Assembly: GCA_040954595.2 (NCBI GenBank)
Contig: CM082581.2
Span: forward strand, 11,530,286-11,594,285
Length of the DNA: 64,000 nucleotides
Direction: 5' to 3'
From: Balanoglossus misakiensis
Taxonomy: Eukaryota; Animalia; Hemichordata
The notes beneath the pieces are model-generated. The model was not told the DNA's origin, did not search any database, and saw nothing but the letters and a program-made list of their open reading frames with translations. Positions 1-11,200 of the stretch are shown here, piece by piece (the first letter of the stretch is position 1; every line of letters begins with the position of its first letter). The position numbers were made by a program, and so were the translations under genes.

Positions 1-88
1 TGAGATCACTTGTGAATACATATATGTATGTCCGACGTACTGATCTTGATTGCTTATGACAAGTGAGGACTGAAAGGAAATTGTTTAC

Positions 89-3000
89 CTTAATTGCAGA
101 GCATAAATTCCTACTGGCACTGGATAAATCATCACTGAGAGATGCTGTCAATAATGACACCAAACTTTCCACTGACACTGGTTCTGGAATTTAAATGTCA
201 TAAAAACTTGTACGTACAGTCACCTGTGGAATTCTGTTGCACAATAATTCTCTGTATCAAATAGTAACATCGAGTTGCATATTTGCAAATTGGAGTAAAG
301 CAATAATAGAAACAAAGTTTGGTACCTGTCTGAAACTGCTCACATGCTGACTGTATTCCAGATTCAGGTTTGAAGTTGGATTCTGTGATCATAGACCTAA
401 TCAACTGACCAATCAAAACAGCTGTATTTCCTTTCAATTGAGGATCATGATGACTGATGTATAGAACAACGTCTCTGATTAGCTGCTCATCTGAAAATAA
501 AGGAGAAGAGAAGATCCAGATCTTATTTCACTGTACTCTTTTCTGAGCAACCCTTTTTAGTCAAAATAGATGGATTAAACATGATCTAAAAGTTTCACAC
601 AAGATTACATACAACAGGGAACATTACAAAACACTCAATTACGAGTAATTTTATTAGAAACTCACCCTCCCTCTCCTCTGCACCATCCTCCATCTTAAAT
701 AATTTGGCAAAGAAAACTTTGGGATAAAGACTGACAGCATTGCCCACACACGCAATTGCAAGTCCCTTGACGCTGACACGTACAAATCTGTCCGGAGTTA
801 GACCTTTACTGTAGCCAGTCAGTAGATAAGATGCACACATTAACCTGACACAGTGTACAAGTGGGATATCATTGTCTGTGTAGTTGCCGATGTCGCCGTC
901 TCTTATCCGGGCAGTACTGGTCAGAGTAATGCTACCACTTCCGGAGCTGTTCTCCCTGGAATGTGTGAAGATATCCAGCTGTTCCGTGCTGCCTCCTCCC
1001 CTTGGAGTTGCGGAAGAGGTGCTGGAGTCTGGCGTCCTTGCTCTCTCCACAGAGGGACTGACGCTAACTCTGATATCAGTGCTGCTGCCCTGCTGCGAGA
1101 TGCTGTCTCCCATGAGCGATGAACCTTTCTTGTCAGATCTGCTATCTCCATTAGAACTCTCAGACGTCTCAAAGACTTCATCATCTGCAACGGGAGACGC
1201 GTCGTCATCAGTTTCTCCGATAGCAACATTAGAGTATGACCCTAAATCTTCATCTTGTTGTACTATCATGTCACCATCATCAGTAAATGCATCCAGGTAT
1301 CTGGGGTCTTTCTCCGTGGTTTCTGAAGATGTTGGTTCTTCCCTTCCCGCTTCCGTTGTCATGGCATCTGTCTGATCTGACGGAGATTTATCAAGCTGCT
1401 GAGCGTCATCTTGGAGTTCTTCTAATCCAGAGTCTTCATCACCAGCCTCTGATGGCAGTCTACCAGCTTGACCTGCCAAAATCAAAATTAATGTCAGAAA
1501 GAACAAAAAACAACAAAGGAGACCCAGTGGCCAATAGAGCTCTGTTATTATGTGTTGCTAAAATTAATGATCAGATAACAAGCACACATTTATACAGAAA
1601 GTATAAAAATAACTCAGGGCATCTGAACACGTCTTGACTTTCTGCATTTAAATACAGCCCTCATTTACCTTCTAAATTGTCTTCACTTGTGTTTTGCCTT
1701 AACAGCATGTCCTGTCCACTCTCTGCAAATATTGTCTTCCTCGCTATACCGTTGGGTGACAACAATACACTCAACAGCAGTGATGGTGGGGTGCGTAACA
1801 GTTGTTGTAATGTCTCCAGTGATGCTGTGATGACATTGTGATCTTGATGTTGACTGTAGTGCAACACTAACTCATAAATCTGATGACACAAGAAAGTAAT
1901 ACATTCATTTGGGAATTTAAACACTGAGTAAATCAAATGAGGAGAAATAAAAAAAAGCACAAAAACTTGGCAACTTTTGTTAAAAAAATAAAGTATTTGT
2001 GTTCTATTGATATACAAAGGCAGAAAATCAATGCCAGTCAACCCTGACAATACAATTTACCTGTATCAGTTGTTCTGTGCTAACACTAGTTTCTTGTTCC
2101 TTGCGGGTAATACCAAAACTTCCCTTCAAGCTATGGTCTTTATGATTTGGGTTTGCCAGATGAGGTATAATGTGTCTGAAACACAGCAGTACTCCAAGCA
2201 AAACATGGGATTTCCTTTCATCATGTATTGGAATTACCATACCTGAATCCACAATACAATTGCAAAGGATTAAAACCTCATCTGCAATTGAGTGGGATTT
2301 TTAAACATTTTTGTATAATTTTGTATGCGTATGGCATCGAGTGTATTTCCAACGTAAAATTGGACTGTAGGTGGTTGAAGTGTTTGTCAAATGAAATTAC
2401 CATGACACTCAATGTTTGTCTGTTATTTACTGAACAACAAAACAATGTTCCCATGCGTTTATGAAATGCTAGAAACGTTGTCACATGCATTGCTCAATAA
2501 TTCACCATCCTACCTAAAAGAACATTGACAAGCCAGGCAAAGAACATAGTTGGTTTCCTGGAGTGTTGGCATATAGCTGACAATGAACTTGCTGCAGTTC
2601 TTCTGGTTGCAGCTGATGCAGATTTCAAACTTGGTAAGAATGTCTTCAAAAGTAACTGCAAAATAATGTATAGAGTCTTTGAATACAGCTTTCATCACTT
2701 GTAGATTCATTTCAAGCCTTGATAAAATAGAAATGCCTTCAAATGTTTCTGATCTTCCTTCGCATCTTATAAATAGCATCTTATAAATAGCACTAGACTC
2801 ATTTCCATTTTGAATATGGAGTGACCGTGAATCCCTAAAAATGGATTTACCTTGACTTCTGTATCATTGGTGAAACTTCCAAGAACTGGTAAAAGCTTCG
2901 TCATAAAAGTTCCAAGTGACTCCTGCAATAACAGAAATAAATAAGAAATAAATTGAGCATCTACACCATAGAAACATAACAGCATTGAAGGTGCATTCCA

Positions 3001-4102
3001 ACAAATGCCAAACTATTGCTATTGTCCTTACCTGTATAGCTTCCTCTGGGCGTCTAGCTATCCTCTGTATGCATGGTACCAAATTCACCACATACGGCCG
3101 ACATTTTTGTGGTCGGATGAAATGGGCCAAATCAGCAAACCGCCACAGGGCTGCACGAAGACTTCGAGAAGGACCGTTCTGTGTAAAACAAATCAACAAA
3201 TCAACAATAGTTGATGCATTTAACTAACTTTCATCATGAGTTGCACTGGGGTTGGAAAAATCTCCAAAACAGATTTTGTCTCCCAACAGAAAACAAGGTG
3301 AACAAGAGGACTTTTATGACTGGGTTGAAATTACCTTTTTAATTTCTTTATACAACTCCACTTGAAGTCTTCCAAGATTGCTTTCCAGTAGACTCTGCAG
3401 TGAGACACAAATCATCAGTAAAAAGATAAATATGTGTATCCATCATGATCATCTCATAAACAGATCAGTAGGAAGACTGAATGGTATTTCACAAAAATGA
3501 GAAGATTAATGACTTCACCTTAATTGTTCTGTTTAAACATTCATCAGCATTCATCCGTACATCAGGTTCAGGATCATCACATGCTACCAGAAAGGTTTCC
3601 ATGGAGATACCTAAAAACTTTGGAAAGTCTGCCATGGACCTATGAGTAGCCGGTAAAAGCAAATCAACATGTTACATAAACTTTTCACCCACATTGTATC
3701 CTTGGTAACCACTTGGGGGACATTTCTTATGAACATGTTAATAAGACACACACAGACAAAATCATTGAATTTGTATAAAGTTCCCTCTTGATTTGAGAAG
3801 AAAGTTTATAACATATACCTGAATGTTGGAGAGCACATGGCATCAGCAATGATGGTCAAATGAGACACTCTATCTTTTTTGGTGATACTGATCTCCTTTT
3901 TCCTGTGATGACAAAGTATGCAAAGAAAAGGTAAATCAGTCATCAATCAATCACAGCAATTTGTCTTTATATTTCGCATATGCTACCAACCCCCCTTTGT
4001 AATTGTAGTTGCTTTGTTAATTTTACACTTTTTTAAGGAATTAAATGTACCTTAATCTCTGAAAGTGAATGTTGTGCACTAAATAAAATTAATTAATTAA
4101 AA

Positions 4103-4161
<59 letters not shown>

Positions 4162-5032
4162 ACTTTTCCACATATACGTGTTCTTTATTTCTAATTTTTT
4201 ATATCTTTATTTCTTTATTACAAAGTTTCTGCATGACACACCGTCAGTTACGTCACTCAAGAACTGCCATTGATTGGCCATCTTGAAATTGTGTAAATAA
4301 AGTTTAAACAATAAAATCGGCCATCTTGAAATTGTGTAAATAAAGATAAAACAAACAAACAAACTACGTCGTCTGGTAGAAATTAGAATGTCGTCTGCAA
4401 GTGCAAAGTCCGTACGGCTCCCTTGAAACTCAAGAGAAAAGGCAAAGGGTAAGATTTTCCATTCTGTCGGAGCAGTTATAAAACACACACAGCTTGGCCT
4501 CATATTTTGTGCTATGATTCAATACTAGCATCCGTTTATTAGCCTCGCGACTGGGAGTTACTAAATCTGCATGCTATTCTGGTAACTCACAATCCTTCGG
4601 GATGGGTGCTAAGCCCTCATCGCAAGACAATATGTGTTCCTTGTAACAACAAACATTGATACATGGATCGTGGAGCTTCAGGTATCACAGAATTATCGAG
4701 GAAGATCCGGAAGAACACGACATGATCGTGGATGAAGGAACCACACCCCCAGCTGCAACTGACATGGTGTAGAAAGCTACATATCATTCTCAAGCCATTT
4801 TCGACAAACTTCTACAGAATAGCAACAAAGTGACAATACGTTTACTTAATCTAGATGACACCGATCATCATAAATCGCTATTTATTTTACATTTCACTCA
4901 CTTTATAGGCACTCCTCCAGGTAGTAGGACACCTGTCCCTGTTGGCTGTCCACTCTCGTCCGGACTTGCACTTCCCTGTTGAAAGGCTTTCAAGGCCTCG
5001 AAAGCCTTTACCAACTTCTCCATATTTGCCAT
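89..5032 (-). CDS. HTT: Huntingtin, coding exons 1-12 (gene continues past the left edge). Exons approx: 5032-4902, 3902-3819, 3639-3519, 3394-3335, 3178-3032, 2922-2851, 2655-2514, 2242-2061, 1879-1669, 1472-666, 490-326, 183-89
   Basis: Spliced translation gives [19 protein letters not shown] (N17), [122 protein letters not shown] and [13 protein letters not shown]. These are all hallmark huntingtin HEAT-region motifs. Introns are GT-AG and keep frame. Confidence 0.98.
4102..4161. repeat. (TAAA)n microsatellite in HTT intron 1
   Basis: About 15 uninterrupted AAAT units, seen directly. Confidence 0.95.
4276..4345. repeat. 27-bp direct repeat (x2) containing a YY1-like motif
   Basis: ggccatcttgaaattgtgtaaataaag at 4276-4302 and 4319-4345. 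GCCATCTTG is the reverse complement of the YY1 core CAAGATGGC. Confidence 0.8.
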
Positions 5033-5280
5033 GATCGATGAATTCCTTTACAGATTTTCTATAGTGCGTAGCATGATAAATTTTGCACTATTTTCCGTAT
5101 TTATTGACTGTCTCCTCCGCCATGATAAATTTTCTGTACCCAGAAATCCCGTCTATTTCCGGTTACTTAGGGACATGGGTCATATGGGGTCATAGCAAGG
5201 TCATAGATAGTGACCCGGCGGACTCTCTGTTGGGGGCGCTCTATCTTTGAAAAGATTGTTTATAGCAACACAGCTGAGCA
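5033..5280. promoter_or_regulatory. Probable bidirectional promoter between HTT and the divergent coiled-coil gene
   Basis: Short head-to-head gap with an ETS-like TTTCCGGTT (5156), RGGTCA half-sites (5177, 5187, 5198), TGACCC (5211) and an RFX-like GTTTATAGCAAC (5258). Confidence 0.6.
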
Positions 5281-5281
5281 C

Positions 5282-8200
5282 ATGCATACGATCACAGTCG
5301 ATTGTGCTTTTAGGTCCAAAAATTGCAGTTCTGAGAAAACAACTCAGTCCATTGTGTTCATAGACATATGCACATCAATTGATCAGGTTGAAATTGTGGA
5401 GATCTTTGAAAGATGGCTTCGTCAAATGCAAATACAGCAAAAGTAATCGACACAACCCATACGCTCCACTCACCAGGTAGGTACACACCCACCTTGCATG
5501 GAGGAAGGAGCAGTTTGATCGGCTCCTAGTTCTACACGTTCTTAGGCACAGTCCCTCCATCACTGTGATGGAGGGGCTGCGAACAAGGCAGGGGATGCCT
5601 GTTGCAACCACAAACCTAGCCCCCCCCCCCCCGTGTCACTTTGTTTACATTTGAAAGGGGTGTCACTGTGTGTTGTTACATCTGTACCTGATAGCATTGA
5701 CAAGAGGTAAAGATACTATGTTTTATTTTATTGATTAAGCTGTTGGATGCGTTGCATGCAAATAAATCGAATCATTAGGAAAAAAGTTGACTTCTTTAGT
5801 TTACTGCAACCTATATTTGCATTGTGATTATTTGTGAATGTTAACTCTGGTATTTGCTAATTTAAAATAAAAGAAACTTAAGTTTTTTCTGGTCTGGTGA
5901 TAATCTCTTACCAGCCAGTTGCTATCACTATCATGCATGGTGTCACAAGATTCTGTAATCTTACATACTAGATACACTACTGTGTACTGTAGATAGCTAA
6001 CCATACCTTAATCTCTTTTACTGAACTGATAATATGTTGCTCAATAGACAATCTTATTTGCCAAAACGTAAACATGAAACCTTGAGTTGTAGCAACACAG
6101 TGATAGACTTGGTTATTTTTATGTTCATTTCTTTGGGATTATACAGCAACAAAGTTTGAAGTTGCCCTGATTGAGGATGCGGCTGACAAGAAAAAGAAAG
6201 GTCCAACAGAAAGTCGTATGGTAACCGTTTTCAGTGTCTTTGATGAAGTCATACAACAGCTTGGTGTGTACAGCATTGTCATGAAAATGGTCAGAGATGA
6301 AATGTTTGGTAAGTGTTAGTCTTGATTACTTAGACCCACAACGAGGCTTTATGATGGCCACTGAAAGTTGGTCTTGGACTGGGAGCAGTTTATCAGCTTT
6401 GGTACTACAACCTTCCTTCCATTTCTCTCCTTCATGGACAATCAATTTAACCTGTCCAGTAAATTAACGGCTATCTCAATATTACTCACAATGTTACAGA
6501 GGCAATATACAGTCAAGAATTTACCAGCACCTCACATCAAACAACAAATTACAATATAGCTACAAATAAAGCAAAAGACAAGAAGACTGAAGATCACACA
6601 TTCATTCAGAGAGTTCCGTACTTTACTCTGATTCAGGGAATTTACGATCAGAGGTAAGTTATTTAATGACATTCAGTGTGAATTAAAATCAAATTATTAA
6701 CAAACTATGTTTGTTTCTCCTGCATCTGATATCTGTGGAAGTAAAGTTGTTGATTTCGTCAACAGGAATGAAGAGGCTGATGTTCTTAAAGATCAACTTG
6801 AGAAGGTCAAGAAGAGACTACAAGAGAAACACAAACAGTTGGAAGATGCCATCACAATCAACACTACCCTGAAGGAAGAAATTGAAAACTTACGTGATAT
6901 AATCAGCAAGAAAAATGAAAAAATCAACTTGCTTGAGGATGACATTTTAGGGTAGGTCAATAATATGCCAGGCTATTTGCTATGTTTCAAATTATCTCTT
7001 TTCCAGTCACATATACAGTGAATTCTGGTCTGTTTTCAAATGTAAAGATCGAGCCAACTCTACATCTGATTGGTGAGCATGGATAAAACTAAAAAAACAC
7101 ACTTTATATTGTCATTTTCTAGCTTGCAAGATAACATAGAAGATTTGAGGGACAGTTCAGAGATGCAGAAAAAGAATCTGGAAGATGAGTGCAGTATTAT
7201 TCAAGAGGAGTTGAAGTGTGTTCAGAATGAAGCAAATTACCTGTCTCAGTACAAGAAGGGTTATGATGACCTCAATGATTGTAAGAAAATATATCAATAT
7301 TAAAAAAATAATGTGCCCATCATGTGGAAATTTGTATTGATGAGGAACGGATCATGTGCAGTCAATGATTTTGTTTCCCTTTTATCATCCAGCCTTTGTG
7401 GAGAGAGTTGCTGGTAACAGAAAGAGAAAAAAGAAGAAGCCAGTTATCGCAACAAGGAGGGTGAGTTATTATGCATCTTGTGAGTGAGTGGGTGGGTGGG
7501 TCAGTGAATGAGGGTTATTCATAAATTGGATCTGATTCGACTACTATTGGTGTAAAAATTCTCAAACTGAACATCAGTTGTTTGTTTGATCATGCAGGCT
7601 CATATGTTGAATAACTTTTCATCAGCGAAGAAACTTGAAGAACAGTTGTTAACAGTTCAGAATCAGACTATTGAAGAATACGATGCTTTCGTAGAAGAAC
7701 ACAAAACCGAGTTGGAAGGCAAGACGTTGAAAGAAAATGTCAATGATACCCAGTTTACTGAAGAAGAAGAAGAGTTGGAGAGAATGGACAAAGAGGTCTG
7801 AAATATTGAGATGATGTTGTTTTATGGGGGTTAGGATAAACATTGATTTGGCTAACACTACAGTTAGAAATGTAGCATTATACGAAACAGTGTCACACAG
7901 AATTCTGACAGTAGTTGGTAAAATGGCAAACAATTGAGAAAAGTTGGTGGATGTTTGTGCTGTCTACATGGATGATGTTTTTTATCTATTTGTATTTTTA
8001 TAGCTACAACAAAGACAGGAAACTTTTCAAAAAACAATTGAAGCACTGAATGAGGAACTGTCAATGATAAGACAACATAAAGAGAGTTTGGAACATCAGT
8101 GGGAGGAACTGGAGAGTCAATTCAAACAGGAAGAGGAGATGAGCAAAGCTAAACCCCCCAGCAGCAGAATGAGACCTTCCAGTAAGGACTCTCTGAGACC

Positions 8201-11200
8201 GAATGTTAGCAGTGGAATGGGTTCAAGTCGTCCCGGATCTCAATCAGCTCTGGAATCAAGATCAGATAAAGCAAAGGATATAGGTGAGAGAGTCTAGGCG
8301 CTGGTGATAGTTTGGACCAGTCTCTCAGCTTTGTTTGTGTGTGATTTTCAAATGCTTTGTTTGTTTTGTTTCAAATTGTTTCACCTTTCAAGAATACAAC
8401 ATTTATTGTTTTCAGATTCTGTAATGTCACTTGGAGAAGATTTTGATAATATCGATCCAATGACAAGTGAAATGGATCCATTTGTTCCACAAGAAACCAT
8501 ACTCAGCAAATATAGCGCAATGATATACACATCAACCAATCATGGAAAGTCATTCCATGAACTCAAAGATGCAAAGTTTTGCAGTAGTTGTGGTGAAAAG
8601 GTAAGAATCTTACTCAAAATTGATTGCTATTTAAATCTCAATTCACATTATTAATTAAAAACAAAACTATGTGATTTTAAAAAATTACACAATTTTTTGT
8701 TTAGTTTGTTGATTTGTTTGTGACTGTTGTATCTTTCAGACGGTGATTTGTCCACACAAAGTGAGCGGTGATAAAATAGTCATACTTCCTCATAACTGTA
8801 CACATATGAAACTGTCAAGACCCAAAGTCAGGATTAATATGGAAGTTAGGGAAAAAATGAAGTAAGTGTGATCAACTATTTTAACACAACAGTTGGTATT
8901 GCAACCTGTGAAAATTGATCCATTCACCAAAGGGTTTACATTGCGATGAAACAAGAGCCCATAGAATTGCAACCAGTGGAAAATGAGTTTCTTAACTTTT
9001 ATTCAAACTGATGTGTGAAGAATAGTAGCTAGCAACAGCCAAACCAACATCAACCTAGAAAGATGGAAAGTGTGTCGTGAATGTAGCGATATATTGCAGC
9101 AATTATTTTAGTTTCCCAAACTATATAAATTCCTTTGTAATTATAGTGCACAAATACCAAAGACAGTCTCTGACTCGACCAAATTATCAACTAAACGGAT
9201 GCGAGGTCGGATGTCCATGGTCACTCCAATTAAACCAATGCAGCCCATAGCAGATTCAACTACACCAAACTGTGCAGAAGAACCACCAGCTATATTTAAA
9301 GAAGAAAAGGGCACAACAGTGCTTGGTGCTGCACAGGAACATCAGGTGAGCATCATGTGATAGTCATGTGACCATATTAGTGCATACTAGTAGTTGTTAT
9401 GTATTGATATCATATGGAAGAGAAAAATTTGACGTCTTCATGGCACACCTACATTCCTTACAAATAATGTTGTTGAAGATACATGTAACCATAAAAGATT
9501 ATAACTCTAGAAAGAGATATGTAGTTGTGACAACTCTTTCAGAATGTGGGGCTGTGTATTAACAATGAGAAGATCATTTACTACTCATAGTTAGTGAATG
9601 GTCTACTTTCATCAAATACACTGTCCCATGTGTTTAAATATTATGAAAGATATGATAATTACCAGTTTCGTGTCAGTTTCATTTTGGATTTTCTTATATA
9701 TCTGGAGTAATTGTCCAAAATGAAACTGGGATAGACTTCAAGTTACATTGATAACATTCCATCTTTTTTCTTGTGAAATCTTTCTATTATATCCCACTAT
9801 ACTGACATCACTATTGTTTATCTTTTGTGATGTTTTCTTGTTAAAAGTTCAATGTGTGTCATAGAAAGTGTTGGCAGTAAAAGCTTCTTATGTATAAATG
9901 CACATGTCACTTAAAAGACTGAAATATCTAATGATTGTCCCAGCTGACATCAAACCACAACCTCAAAGTGGTTAGGGTCGGCTGAGATCACTGACACCTG
10001 CCCCCGGCCCACCACATCAATGGGACAGGGGACAGTTGGCACTATTGGCACTTTGCCAACCTTAAACTGGCCCACTGCCCAAATAAGGCATGGGCCAGTT
10101 GGGATTGCTGCCAAGGTATGGATCTTTCAGTTTCATCACTGGATAAAGAGGAAATAACTAAAAGTTAAAGGGCACTGTGACATTCACAGCAGATAAGTCT
10201 GTTCTAGTCACAACAACTGATAAATAAACGTTCTTGCTGTTCTGATAATTTACTTTTAGAAGTTCTATTCTGTGGAAGCTTTCAAAGGAAATGAATTCAA
10301 TCTTTAACGTACCTTTAGTTTAGCTACTTGATAGAACTACATGGCTATCATTAATTTAAGACTAATATCTCTTATTTTAAATATAACAATAAAGAGCATT
10401 TTTCACAAAACGAGACTAACGATTAACCATTTTATCCTTTGATTAATTGCATGTTTGTTAATACTCTCATTATTTTCTGGTGTTATTTTCACTCATGTCT
10501 GTTGTCTGTTTCATGTCTAATGTTTTGTTTTGTACCCAAACCTACTCTGTGTTTTAAAAAGGATGTAGATTCCATCTTGGTAAGTTCAAAGGCCAAAGTT
10601 CATCTCATCAGCATGCTTAGGCCGTCCTGCTCATGTGGTTATGTTGCAGCCTATTGTAGTGAATATGCATAGAATTGCATGTGTTTGATTGGACAGATTT
10701 CACTGAAAAGTTGTAATGTCATCTCATTCCAAGTATTGGAAAAATTTCATGGCCCTAAATTCTTCAATAAGGGTACATTTTGTTTTCTTTCTGATTTGAT
10801 AAAACACTAGATTTTTGATTCCCAATATACTAGTCTACAGAAAAGGGAAAGGGTGAAATCCAATGAGTGTTTTCATTAAAGCAAATTTGTGATTATACGT
10901 CCAGTTATCTCGTTTTTTCGGATCACGTTTTAAATTTTGTTGAAAAAACACACACTTAAATGTTATTTGGCAAACTTTAAGGTCTTTGTGTCACAAATCC
11001 ACCCAGAACTTTTCTGTAGCTTGTTCAAAATTCAGTGGGGACAAAAATTGGCATTTTACTCAGAAACTGTCAGTCATCATTGACATATGACATTACAACT
11101 TTATGTCAGGGAATATGTGATAAATGGAAGACCTGGATCCAATCTGCACGCAATGAATGTTAGAGTGATTCCTCCATGATTTGCCCCCAATCTGTCATTG

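Noticed and set aside
853-1637. Plus-strand ORFs of 89-163 aa
   Set aside because: They are antisense shadows of the large HTT exon and have no independent motifs or splice support.
4102-4161. AATAAA array as a cryptic HTT intron-1 polyadenylation signal (HTT1a-like)
   Set aside because: On the HTT sense (-) strand it reads (TTTA)n, so it is not a polyA signal for HTT.
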